Shown: positions 26,089-35,572 of the stretch, one piece after another
How positions within the stretch are numbered: position 1 is the first letter of the stretch
How the letters are laid out: every line of letters starts with the position of its first letter
Assembly: GCA_043810635.1 (NCBI GenBank)
Contig: JBDRNY010000021.1
Location: 1 to 54,040, forward strand
DNA from: Candidatus Micrarchaeota archaeon
GTDB taxonomy: Archaea > Micrarchaeota > Micrarchaeia > Anstonellales > Anstonellaceae
Direction: 5' to 3'
Length of the DNA: 54,040 nt
Translations under genes and position numbers: made by a program
The notes under the pieces: generated by a model
Databases searched by the model: none
Seen by the model: only the letters and a program-made list of their open reading frames with translations
What the model was told of the DNA's origin: nothing

Positions 26089-27114
26089 ATGGCTGCAAGA
26101 AAAAAGAGGAAAAGGAAAAAAGCAAAAAGGGAGATGGCAGGCTATTCCCCCTCCCCTCCAAAAAAAATAAAAAAAATATTTTCTTCTTTCAAAAAGAAAA
26201 AAGCAATAATTACATTCCACTCGCTTGCGGATTTGGATGCGTGTGCATCAGCCCTTGTTTTGGCCCAGGAATTGGGAAATGCGGAAATTGGAATGCCAGA
26301 CAGGATAAATTCTGAAAGCAAAAGGGTGCTTGGGAAAAATTCCGGAAAATTCCTTAAATTTTTGGAATTGAGGAAAAAATTCCCGAAAGCAAAAATAATT
26401 TTGCTGGATTGCAATGAAAAAAGCCTGCTGCCGCATCTGCATGAAAATGAAGCGGATGTGTTGATAGACCACCATGCACTGCAAAAAAATTCTGTGGATG
26501 CAAAAATAAAATGGATAAACCCCGAGGCAAGCTCTACTTCTGAAATGATAGGGGAATTGGTAAAAAATCCGGATGCTTTCCAGGCAAAAATGCTTGTTTT
26601 GGGCATATTGTCTGATTCTGCAAATTTGGCAAATGCAAATGCAGGCACTTTTTCTGTGCTGTCAAAATTGCTTTCAAAATGCAATGAAAGCTATGAAGCA
26701 ATGCATTCAATGCTGCGCATTCCGCGCTCGGTGGAAAGCAGGATGAGGGTGCTGGAAGGGCTGAGAAATATTAATTTTATGCAGAAAGGGGGGATAATTT
26801 GCGCAATTGCGCAGGTTTCTTCAAATGAATCCCATGTTGCGGATGCGTTTATACGCGCTGGCGCCGACGGTGCGTTTGTAGGCGCGGCAGGAAGAAATAG
26901 TGCAAGGGTTTCTGCAAGAGTGAAGCAAAGAATGGTTGCGCATATTGATTTGCCGAAATTGATGGGTGAGGTTGGAAAAATAATTGGCGGAGGCGGGGGA
27001 GGGCACCCCGCCGCTGCGGGCGCAACAGGCGCAAACCCGCAAAAATTGGGGGAAGCGCTTGCATTGGCGCAAAAGCTTTTTTTCAGGCATACAACAGCAA
27101 GAATAAAAATTTAG
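26089..27114 (+). CDS. DHH/DHHA1-family phosphoesterase (RecJ/NrnA-like) with a Lys/Arg-rich N-terminal extension
   Basis: It has DLDACASALVL, DHH (LIDHHAL) and the DHHA1 motif GGGGGGHPAAAGA. ATG 26089 lies after the pfdB stop (track start 26044 overlaps pfdB). Confidence 0.75.
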   Translation: MAARKKRKRKKAKREMAGYSPSPPKKIKKIFSSFKKKKAIITFHSLADLDACASALVLAQELGNAEIGMPDRINSESKRVLGKNSGKFLKFLELRKKFPKAKIILLDCNEKSLLPHLHENEADVLIDHHALQKNSVDAKIKWINPEASSTSEMIGELVKNPDAFQAKMLVLGILSDSANLANANAGTFSVLSKLLSKCNESYEAMHSMLRIPRSVESRMRVLEGLRNINFMQKGGIICAIAQVSSNESHVADAFIRAGADGAFVGAAGRNSARVSARVKQRMVAHIDLPKLMGEVGKIIGGGGGGHPAAAGATGANPQKLGEALALAQKLFFRHTTARIKI

Positions 27115-27130
27115 GGCTCCAAATAGCTTA

Positions 27131-28096
27131 ATGACAATTGTAGAAGAGTTGCGCTCAAAAATTTCAAAAGAAGAGTTTGAAACAGGAGTGCGGGAGAAAT
27201 TGGAGGAATTTCACCACCTTATTACAAAAGAAAGCGCGGAATATTTGCTTGCATTGGAAAAAATAGGGGCAAAAGCAAAATTAGAAAATATTGAATCTGC
27301 AAAACTGAAAGGAATTCCGTGCATTTTGAATGCAAGGGTGGAAAGGGTGTTTTTGCCCCAAATATTTGAAAAAGGGGGGGAGGAATCCCGAACTCAGAGG
27401 ATGCAAATTTCTGACCAGACAGGGGGGGTTATAGTTGCATGCTATGATGAGGGAAGCAAAAAAATTGACAAAGAAATTGTTGCGGGGGATTTGGCTGAAA
27501 TAGGGCCCGTGAGGTTTCGGGGGGAGGAATTTCATCTTCTTCCAAAAGGAAATGTGAGAAGGATTCAGAAAGGGGCAAGGGGAAAGCTGAAGGATGAAAA
27601 ATTGCAGGTTGGGAATTTTGAAGGAAAAGTTGTGCAATTTCAGGGGGATTTTCCATATAAAAAAGGGCAGGCAAGGCTGGTTGGAGAGGGGGAAACTGCA
27701 TTGATGAGCTCTTTTGAATTGGAAGACGGGAGCGGGAAAAAAAGAGTGGTGGTTTGGGACAGCCCCGGCATGAAAAATATTTTGAAAAAAGGTATGGAAG
27801 TTGAAATTGAAAACGGAAACAGAAGAAACGGGGAAGTGCATATTGGAAAAGGGGGAAGACTGGTGTTTGACAGGAAGGAGGAGAAAAGGCCTGAAATTGA
27901 GAGAATTGAAATTAATGAGGGGGAAGTAAAAGTTTTTGCTAAAGAAAAAACAATTGTATTTGAAAATTTGGAAGAAGCGTGCTTTAAATTCGGCATTGGA
28001 AAAGTGCCTGAAGGAATTAAGGAAAAAACCGCGCTTGAATTAAAGAAAAATGATTGGGTTGGAAAGCCGTTGCCTTTAAAATGGGAAAAAAATTAA
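27131..28096 (+). CDS. OB-fold protein, RPA-like ssDNA-binding candidate (two OB-like repeats)
   Basis: Two segments fit an OB pattern: ILNARVERVF...MQISDQTGGVIVACYDE...GDLAEI, and FEGKVVQF...FELEDGSGKKRVVVWDS...KKGMEVEIENG. This was judged by eye only. Confidence 0.4.
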   Translation: MTIVEELRSKISKEEFETGVREKLEEFHHLITKESAEYLLALEKIGAKAKLENIESAKLKGIPCILNARVERVFLPQIFEKGGEESRTQRMQISDQTGGVIVACYDEGSKKIDKEIVAGDLAEIGPVRFRGEEFHLLPKGNVRRIQKGARGKLKDEKLQVGNFEGKVVQFQGDFPYKKGQARLVGEGETALMSSFELEDGSGKKRVVVWDSPGMKNILKKGMEVEIENGNRRNGEVHIGKGGRLVFDRKEEKRPEIERIEINEGEVKVFAKEKTIVFENLEEACFKFGIGKVPEGIKEKTALELKKNDWVGKPLPLKWEKN

Positions 28097-28680
28097 GTTC
28101 TTGAGCCGGGCAGCCATGTGTAAACTGTCATATTTCCAACATATTGCGCCTGCTCGCTCCCTATCTCGCGCTCAACATAAACAACTCTTCTTACTTTTGC
28201 TATTTCTGCATTGGCAGGTGGTTCGTTTCCAAATTCAACATTTATGGCTTGGGGGAAAGGAGGATATTTGAATGTGTCAGGGTCTGCAATTGCAAGCCGC
28301 ATAACAACATAATATTCTGCAGAAGTTGCCATCAACACCCTTGAGTCATCATAATTTTGTCCGGGTATAAGATGCACGCTTGCAGCTTCTATATTTGGCC
28401 GCGGTACCCTTTGATAAACCAAATTTCCTGGAAATGAATTTTCCACTCCAAACCCTGCTCTCATTGCGCCTGAAGGGTTGATATACCAATTAGAAGGATT
28501 GCCAACTCCAAGCATTAAATCAGAAATTCGGTGAGCTTCGCTTTGCAAATAATCTGTATCTTCATTCATCTGGGAGCGGAGCGCAAACCAGTGGTTCATT
28601 AAAATAGAAAGGGCCATGATGAAAATTACAGAGGCAAGGATTGCATCAAATGAAAAATATTGCCCGCGCAAAAAATTCAT
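28093..28680 (-). CDS. Type IV pilin-like protein (class III signal peptide), 195 aa
   Basis: The N-terminus is MNFLRG/QYFSFDAILASVIFIMALSIL. The start overlaps the upstream stop (ATGA). Confidence 0.7.
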   Translation of the reverse strand: MNFLRGQYFSFDAILASVIFIMALSILMNHWFALRSQMNEDTDYLQSEAHRISDLMLGVGNPSNWYINPSGAMRAGFGVENSFPGNLVYQRVPRPNIEAASVHLIPGQNYDDSRVLMATSAEYYVVMRLAIADPDTFKYPPFPQAINVEFGNEPPANAEIAKVRRVVYVEREIGSEQAQYVGNMTVYTWLPGSRT

Positions 28681-29192
28681 ATGTCCACCTCAATTCTTGT
28701 GCCATCCTCATCTGTAATATAATTAAATGAAATTGCCCCGCTGCTTGAATACACTTCAACTACAGTATAATGCACTCCTCCGGCATTATATTCATGAGAA
28801 TATCCGCCGCCCGGCAAAGTGAAATTTCCAAATCCTATTGGGTATGCAAAGCTCATTTCCTCCCCGTCTCTGCCTTCCACATCAGCATAAATCCATCCCG
28901 AGCTTACAAACCTCAATCTATAAGGCTCTCCATTCACTTCTTCCTGAATATTGAATTTTGCAGAAAAGCCCGGGCCTCCGTCCAATACGAATTTTGCATA
29001 ATCCCCTACTTGGTTTACTGTTGCCCTTGCAAGCATAAATTCCCTTTTTTGTATGTCTGCATTAAAGCTGGAAATAATGAAAAGCGTGAAAAATACGAAC
29101 ATAAGCATGAAAAATGCAATATAAATCATAACTTCCATTGACACTTGCGCCTTTTTGCAACCCCGCCATTTTTTTTGCAATTCAATTTCCAT
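28677..29192 (-). CDS. Type IV pilin-like protein (class III signal peptide), 171 aa
   Basis: The N-terminus is ...RGCKKA/QVSMEVMIYIAFFMLMFVFFTLFII, which fits the QxSxE pattern of archaeal class III signal peptides. Confidence 0.7.
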   Translation of the reverse strand: MEIELQKKWRGCKKAQVSMEVMIYIAFFMLMFVFFTLFIISSFNADIQKREFMLARATVNQVGDYAKFVLDGGPGFSAKFNIQEEVNGEPYRLRFVSSGWIYADVEGRDGEEMSFAYPIGFGNFTLPGGGYSHEYNAGGVHYTVVEVYSSSGAISFNYITDEDGTRIEVDI

Positions 29193-29275
29193 CCCAATAA
29201 CCTTTTTTTCTATTCCGCCCGCAATACAAATTTTTCAATATTTTCATCCGCCCGGTTTTTTGCAATTCAATTTCC
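29163..29275 (-). repeat. 28-nt direct repeat (25/28 identical) at 29163-29190 and 29248-29275
   Basis: On the + strand the copies read ccgccaTTTTTTTTGCAATTCAATTTCC and ccgcccggTTTTTTGCAATTCAATTTCC. Copy 1 covers codons 2-10 of the 171-aa pilin-like gene. Copy 2 lies in the 109-nt gap upstream of it. Confidence 0.8.
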
Positions 29276-29301
29276 GCTTTTCAATTCCAAACCTCTTTTT
29301 T

Positions 29302-29871
29302 TCAATAATCCACTCCCGGCACGAACCTTACAATATTTACATATTGCCCCTCGTTTTTTACAATAAGCACCTGTGAGCCTGGGTTGAGGGTGCCGTCAGC
29401 ACGCTCAAGATAATTTAAATTATGGGCAACATGGCCTGCAGGAATATTTTTCACAGGCGCAGGGGAAATTACAATAACTCTTACTTCCCCGCCTGTAGAA
29501 TCATCAAGAGTAAGCACAATATCCCTTCCTTTTGTTTTTATTTCATCAGGGCAGATGAGCTTTCCATTAGGGTCGATTGAGCAGATTATTTCATTTCCAC
29601 TCAAAGAAACATCCATAATTCCGTCAGGGTAATTTACCAGAATAGTTCTTCTTGCCCCATACCCTTCATACCAGACTTCCCCTGCAGTGTCTGATATATG
29701 CTGTGCCATTGCCTTTGCCTGCATTTGGTTTAATGTTTGTATTTTCAAAGTGGTGGAAGAATAGAAAATCAATACAAGGGGGATTATGAATACCAGTGCA
29801 ATTCCCAATATCATTAAAGTTTCAACTGCCGCCTGCCCGAATTTTGCTTTTGTTTTATTAAACAAATTCAT
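29302..29871 (-). CDS. Type IV pilin-like protein (class III signal peptide), 189 aa
   Basis: The N-terminus is MNLFNKTKAKFG/QAAVETLMILGIALVFIIPLVLIF, with Glu at +5. Confidence 0.75.
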   Translation of the reverse strand: MNLFNKTKAKFGQAAVETLMILGIALVFIIPLVLIFYSSTTLKIQTLNQMQAKAMAQHISDTAGEVWYEGYGARRTILVNYPDGIMDVSLSGNEIICSIDPNGKLICPDEIKTKGRDIVLTLDDSTGGEVRVIVISPAPVKNIPAGHVAHNLNYLERADGTLNPGSQVLIVKNEGQYVNIVRFVPGVDY

Positions 29872-29879
29872 AATACCAC

Positions 29880-31886
29880 TTATCTGCAGCTTGAACCGTC
29901 GTTTACAAGAGATTCAGTAAATTCTAACTCTTCCAAATTATACCTGTTAGATGGAACTTCACCAGGATTGGCATCATCCGGCAGGGTTGTTAATGCAAAC
30001 CTCCCAACTCCCACCTGCCTTATGTATTTGTCTTCCATGCACATCCAATAAGATTTGCATCCGGGCAGCCCTTTTTCAAAAACTCCGGAGCATTTGGGCG
30101 TGCTGACACCCTCTTGATAAAAATGATAATCCATGCGAGACCTTCGCTCATTATTTACGCCTCTAGAATCTGCAGTGTTTGCATTCGGGTCACGCCATCC
30201 GCCAGCCCATGCGCCAACATTAAATGATTCAATTCCATATTCAAGAAAGGGGGAGGAGTAAGGAGTTATGCCGTCATAGCTTTTCAGCACAGTAAGCCTT
30301 TGCAAATAAGAGGGGCCGTATTCGGATTTTACATAGTATCCGCAAATTGCCATATCCCTCGGGCCAGTCATATCCCATAATTTGCTGTCTGCAGAAGTAC
30401 TACTTGCTTCCTTCATCCTAAGCGCAGCAAGCCTGTCTGCCTTGCTTGTAGCACTATTATATTCTTCCATTATTTCACTGTAATTTACATCATTTTCAAT
30501 AAGTGCTTCAGAAAGCCCAAGATGATAATTTTTTTCAATATCTGGAAGCCGGCCTGACAGACAAATATAAGGTATGTCAGTGTTTTTTGGAATTGTTTCC
30601 ACAACATAATGCGGCTCTTTAATATAAGTATCAGGATCTGCAAGGACACTGCAGCCCCTTCCCCTAAGCTCGTAATATCGTATTTTGTAAAGGCAGCCTT
30701 TTTGTGTTATTTGATATAAAAAGCAATTAGGGGCAATATTATTGATAGCAAATCCATCATCAAAGCCTGCAGGTTGATGGAGTAATATTATCCCCCCAAA
30801 ATATTTGGATTGTTCAACTGCAGTTTCCACGTTTGTTGTTGCATAAATATACTGGTTTATCCTGGAGATGTTAAATCTGTAATTTAAATCTGGATTGTTT
30901 TTTACAAATTCAAAATATTCTTTTGTTTCTCCATATGAAACAACAGGCCCGAAAAACCAGCCCATCCCTTCTATTGCATCAGGCGCTGCAGCCGCAATTT
31001 CTGCCCTTGCATCAGCAGGAACTTCATATTCTTGCGAATGATAAACATTTTTGTGAGGAAGGGCATAAAGATCAGTAATTGTCCCGATTGAAATTCCTCC
31101 GGGAGAGAGTTTGTATTTCAAATCATTTCTTAAAAGCGAGGGGTCTGTGAATCCGTTTATATCCACTGAAACATTTGCTTCCAATAATTTGTTTATTTCC
31201 ACCCTTCCGTCATCATCATAAAATTTTACAGGCACTTTCAAATAAACCCCGACAGTCCATTCATCCCTGTGGCTGAAATTATAATCCTGCACTTCGCCCC
31301 ATTCAATATTATAGCCAGACATTTTTGCGGCTTTTGCGGTTTCTTCAAAATAATATGAAAGCAGGTATTTTTTTTCTTCACCTGAAAATGTGAGGTTTTT
31401 CTGCACCCAGACTATGCCCATTCCTTCAGGTATTGCATAATTATAGAAAAATTTGTTTTGATATGAATTAGAAGAGTCGGTTATATACGCGCTGGTATTT
31501 CCATATACCATTAATTCATACATGGTTTTGTTTACATAATAAGTTCCGTCAGGGTCGCGAACTCGGTTTGGCTCATTCTCCTCTTCCACGGAATAAGCAT
31601 TTCTATATATCCCCATAATTTCTCCTTGGGGATGCTCTTCAATCGTGCCTGAGAGGTTGTCAAGGCAGTAAATCATTGATGCATTTACAAACCTGGAAAA
31701 TGATTTGTTATCTATAAGGGAAAGGGAGGTGCGCATTGCATCAATCCTGAAATTTTCCGCGGCGCGCTTTTCCTCAATCTGCTGAGTCTGGGCCCATAGT
31801 TGAACTGAAATAAATATAAATGAAATTAAAATTAAGGCAAGCACCGTGAAAATAAATCCTTTTTTGTTTTGAATAATTGAATTCAT
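29880..31886 (-). CDS. Large (about 668 aa) protein with a pilin-type N-terminus; candidate tip or adhesin subunit
   Basis: MNSIIQNKKG/FIFTVLALILISFIFISV is followed by a ~640-aa soluble domain. ATG 31886 lies 2 nt after the upstream stop (the track start 31898 would overlap it). Confidence 0.7.
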   Translation of the reverse strand: MNSIIQNKKGFIFTVLALILISFIFISVQLWAQTQQIEEKRAAENFRIDAMRTSLSLIDNKSFSRFVNASMIYCLDNLSGTIEEHPQGEIMGIYRNAYSVEEENEPNRVRDPDGTYYVNKTMYELMVYGNTSAYITDSSNSYQNKFFYNYAIPEGMGIVWVQKNLTFSGEEKKYLLSYYFEETAKAAKMSGYNIEWGEVQDYNFSHRDEWTVGVYLKVPVKFYDDDGRVEINKLLEANVSVDINGFTDPSLLRNDLKYKLSPGGISIGTITDLYALPHKNVYHSQEYEVPADARAEIAAAAPDAIEGMGWFFGPVVSYGETKEYFEFVKNNPDLNYRFNISRINQYIYATTNVETAVEQSKYFGGIILLHQPAGFDDGFAINNIAPNCFLYQITQKGCLYKIRYYELRGRGCSVLADPDTYIKEPHYVVETIPKNTDIPYICLSGRLPDIEKNYHLGLSEALIENDVNYSEIMEEYNSATSKADRLAALRMKEASSTSADSKLWDMTGPRDMAICGYYVKSEYGPSYLQRLTVLKSYDGITPYSSPFLEYGIESFNVGAWAGGWRDPNANTADSRGVNNERRSRMDYHFYQEGVSTPKCSGVFEKGLPGCKSYWMCMEDKYIRQVGVGRFALTTLPDDANPGEVPSNRYNLEELEFTESLVNDGSSCR

Positions 31887-31888
31887 AT

Positions 31889-32548
31889 TTAACCCCATAC
31901 TGTAAGCCTCAATAATCCTACGCTAAAATCCCCGTGTATAAAGGAGCTTGCTGTCTGTATATCGCACGGCACTTTTGTGCATTCGGAAGGGGGGGTGGTG
32001 TATACCGGCGTCCCTGCGGTTCTGGATTCATACGGCATATAGCCTTTGCACACTACATTGCAATTCATTGAATCCCCGCCGATTACGGGGTCTTTGTATA
32101 CTGCAATTAAAAGGGTGGAAGAGGCGGCAACACGGTGGAAAGGCATATTGCAAAAACGCATTCCATTGTCATACCTGCTCGGGCAGTCAGATGATGCATT
32201 ATGTATCGGATGCCACTGCCTTGTTCCAAAATCATAATAATCATAAGAATAGGAATATGGATCTGGCACCAAATCATTTGTAATTTGAATCAACTTCGCA
32301 GAATGGGAGGGGTCAATATTTCCTTCTAATGCGCCTTGTACTGCCTCTCCAAACAAATCTTTTCCCCCATCATATCTTACTTCATATAATGAGTTCAAAC
32401 TATCTTGGGCAATATAATTTGCCTGCTCAAGCGCGCGGTAATAGCCCACAGGGGAGGATGAAACCACCACCAGGGATTGGACGGCAATAAGAATAAGCGA
32501 AAATGCTACGAATGAATCTAAAGAGAAAGCAAACCCCCGCTTTTCCAT
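31889..32548 (-). CDS. Type IV pilin-like protein (class III signal peptide), 219 aa
   Basis: The N-terminus is MEKRG/FAFSLDSFVAFSLILIAVQSLVVV. It is the first gene of the minus-strand pilin operon. Confidence 0.7.
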   Translation of the reverse strand: MEKRGFAFSLDSFVAFSLILIAVQSLVVVSSSPVGYYRALEQANYIAQDSLNSLYEVRYDGGKDLFGEAVQGALEGNIDPSHSAKLIQITNDLVPDPYSYSYDYYDFGTRQWHPIHNASSDCPSRYDNGMRFCNMPFHRVAASSTLLIAVYKDPVIGGDSMNCNVVCKGYMPYESRTAGTPVYTTPPSECTKVPCDIQTASSFIHGDFSVGLLRLTVWG

Positions 32549-32607
32549 ATGGCAAAAATAGCAGGCAAGAGTTTAAAATGTGAGGGAAGGCAACTAATAT
32601 AGGTGGT
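32549..32607. promoter_or_regulatory. Candidate bidirectional promoter between the divergent pilin operons
   Basis: The spacer is 59-62 nt and contains TTTAAAA (32572-32578). That motif lies about 25 nt from the minus-strand ATG (32548) and about 35 nt from the plus-strand ATG (32611). GGTGGTG precedes the plus-strand start. Confidence 0.35.
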
Positions 32608-32610
32608 GTG

Positions 32611-32862
32611 ATGAGAGGGCAGCTTTCTGCGGAGATGCTTATTATTCTTGCAATTATTTTGGGGCTTGTTTTTATTGTATTTACCCAGATGACAAAAACC
32701 GTGAAAGACACTGGGGAAGCGGTTGATGAAAGGACAGGGAAATTGATTAATGCGACAGCATTAAGCGCTGAAGAAATGGCATGCGTAAAAGATGCTGATT
32801 GCGAGAAAGTAGATGATGCGTGGGAATGCGATGTGAGCAAGGGGCATTGCACAGAAAAGTAG
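32611..32862 (+). CDS. Short type IV pilin-like protein (83 aa), candidate major pilin
   Basis: MRG/QLSAEMLIILAIILGLVFIVF is a close match to the QxSxExxxL class III signal motif. The small Cys-containing C-terminal domain reads CVKDADCEKVDDAWECDVSKGHC. Confidence 0.75.
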   Translation: MRGQLSAEMLIILAIILGLVFIVFTQMTKTVKDTGEAVDERTGKLINATALSAEEMACVKDADCEKVDDAWECDVSKGHCTEK

Positions 32863-32868
32863 ATTTTG

Positions 32869-33273
32869 ATGAAAGGGCAGCTGACTCTTGAAATGCTTGT
32901 TGTGGGCGCGCTTGCGCTTGCTCTATTGCTAATTGCGGCAAGTGCGGTATCAAAAATTCAATATGCAGAAGCCATGATGTTTGAAAGAAAAATATTGCAG
33001 GAAGAATTGCATTATATGGCAGAATATGCTGATGAAATTTGCATTTTGGGCGCTGGCAATGCGCGCACTGTGCCTCTTTCAAATACTCCTTTGAATATTG
33101 ATGCAAGTGAAAATAAGAAAATGCTTATTGTAAAATTAGGGGAGTGGCATGCGGTTGAGGAAACTGCTTGTGAAATTAAGATAATTGAGAATGTTCCTTT
33201 TCAAAATACTGCATATTTGTGGTATGAAGAAAATGAAGATAAAGTAATTCTTTCTTCTGAGCCGAAAACCTGA
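32869..33273 (+). CDS. Type IV pilin-like protein, 134 aa
   Basis: The N-terminus is MKG/QLTLEMLVVGALALALLLIAASAV, with Glu at +5. Confidence 0.75.
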   Translation: MKGQLTLEMLVVGALALALLLIAASAVSKIQYAEAMMFERKILQEELHYMAEYADEICILGAGNARTVPLSNTPLNIDASENKKMLIVKLGEWHAVEETACEIKIIENVPFQNTAYLWYEENEDKVILSSEPKT

Positions 33274-33333
33274 GCCGAACCAAATCCACAACCCTTTTAT
33301 ACAATACAACGGTTGGAATTTACGGTGTTGTTT

Positions 33334-35560
33334 ATGGATATGGGCGCAAAAACAATATTGTTTGCAATTTCAATTTTTTCATTAATTTTAATGGCAGGCT
33401 GTGTTGAGCCGCCTCCGCCTAACGGGGGAGGGCAGAATATTACTACCCAGCCAGGGGGAGGGCAGATTATCGTGCCCCCTGATTTGAGCGGTCAAACAGA
33501 AGAATTGAAAAAATTTGAAAATATGGATGAAATGCAGAAATGGCTGAAGGAAAATACCAAACAAGACAGGTATTATTATGATGATGTGATGTATGAATCA
33601 GCTCCTGGAATGGATATTCTTGGCATGGCTACAAGCGGTGCGGCGTCTAAAGCAGCGCCTGTTGCGGGCGTGGATTATTCTGCAACAAATGTACAGGTAG
33701 TTGGTGTGGATGAAGCTGATTTTGTAAAAACAGACGGAAATTATATTTACATTATACACAACAATGAGCTGATTATTGTTGATGCAACAAACGGAGGGGA
33801 AAATTCTGAAGTGATATCAAGGACTGAAATTGTTGATGAAGATGCGAGCTATTATTCCCCCCAAGCAGAGCAGATGTTTATCTATGGAGAGAGGCTTGTG
33901 ATTTTTGTTGACAAGCCGGATGAGGCAATTACATTTCCGAGGTATGATATTACGCCCAGGGAAACTTATGTTGAAAACACGGTTGCTATTATATATGATA
34001 TAAGCAACAGGGAGGCTCCTGAAATAAATGAAGTTATGACAATTTCAGGAAGCTATTACCAGTCAAGGATGATTGGGGACAAGGTGTATGTGATAACAAG
34101 GGAAGATGTAAATTATTACTCACCCGTACGCGAGCCTATGATATATTATGATGTGATAGAAATTCTTCCGCCTGTATATTATTTTGACCACCCTGAAGAT
34201 GATTATGTTTTCCACACAATTGCGTCAATAGATGTTGATGATGAGGAAATTGTTGATGCCCAGACATTTTTGATGGGCTATGGAAACACAATGATGATGT
34301 CAACGGAAAATATGTATATTGCATACCAAAAATATGACCAGTGGTACTGCTATTGGTGCTATGAGGAGAAAAGGTATGACAGGGAAAGGTTTTTTGAAGT
34401 GGTTGTGCCGCTTCTGCCTGACAACGTGGCAAACAAAATTTATGAAATAGATGGGAAAAATGTTTCAGAGCAGGAAAAATGGAGGCAGATATCCGCCAAA
34501 TTGGAAGATTTCTTTGAACCAATACTTACTGATGAGGAAACATATATGGATAAGAAATATTACGAGGAATTGATGGAAAAAATAGAAGATGCTTTGGCAG
34601 AATATGATGCAAACAAAAAGCTTGATGAAACCGCAACCATTATACACAAATTCGGGGTGGACAACGGGAAAATTACATACAAAGCAAAAGGTGCGGTGCA
34701 CGGATATTTGCTAAACCAGTTTTCAATGGATGAATTTGAGGGGAATTTGAGGGTGGCAACAACAGTGGATATTTGGACAACCTACAAAAATTTGGAATAC
34801 AACAATGTGTATGTATTGAATGAGGAAATGGAAACAATCGGCTCTCTTGAAAGGATTGCGCCTGACGAGGAAATCTACTCTGCGAGGTTTATGGGCAAAA
34901 AGCTTTATTTGGTAACATTCAAGCAAATAGACCCGTTCTTTGTAATAGATTTGTCAAATCCGGAGGAACCGGAAATACTTGGCGCATTGAAAATACCGGG
35001 TTATAGTGATTATTTGCATCCATATGATGAAAATACTATAATAGGGGTTGGAAAAGAAACAGAAGAAAATATTTGGGGGGGGAGTAAGCACAGGAGGGGT
35101 GAAAATAGCCCTCTTTGACGTGAGCAACCCCGAGAAGCCGAAAGAAATTGACAAAATAGAAATTGGGAAGGGGGGTTCGGACAGTGCGGTGCTGCATGAC
35201 CATAAGGCATTTTTGCTTGACAAAAGAAACAGCATAATGGTAATTCCGGTGAAAGAAGTGGAAGTGGAGGAAGGGCTTTTCAGGGACAAAACAACTGTAT
35301 TGGACGGAGCATATGCATTCAGGATCGACAAGGATGGATTTGAGGAAATAGGAGTGGTAAGGCATTCCAAGAAAAAAGATTATTATGACAGCTGGAGAAG
35401 CCAGGCAACTGTTATGAGAAGCATGTATATCGGCGGGGATTTGTACACAATTTCGACGCAATATATAAAGGCAAATAAATTAGAAGATGGGTTGCCTTCC
35501 TTAAACAGCATAGAATTGCCTGAAGAAGAGGAGGATGACTGGTGGAATTGGTTTGAATAA
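33334..35560 (+). pseudogene. Secreted beta-propeller-domain lipoprotein (COG4880-like), interrupted by a frameshift at a G8 tract
   Basis: It has a lipobox-like LILMAGC, and VQVVGVDEADFVKTDGNYIYII is typical of the secreted beta-propeller family. ORFs 33313-35118 and 35048-35560 join as ...EENIWGGVSTGGVKIALFDVSNPEKP if G8 (35075-35082) is read as G7. Confidence 0.7.
35075..35082 (+). repeat. Poly-G tract (G8) at the frameshift site of the beta-propeller gene
   Basis: The sequence reads atttGGGGGGGGagt. The two reading frames overlap exactly here. Confidence 0.9.
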
Positions 35561-35572
35561 AAATGTTCAGAA

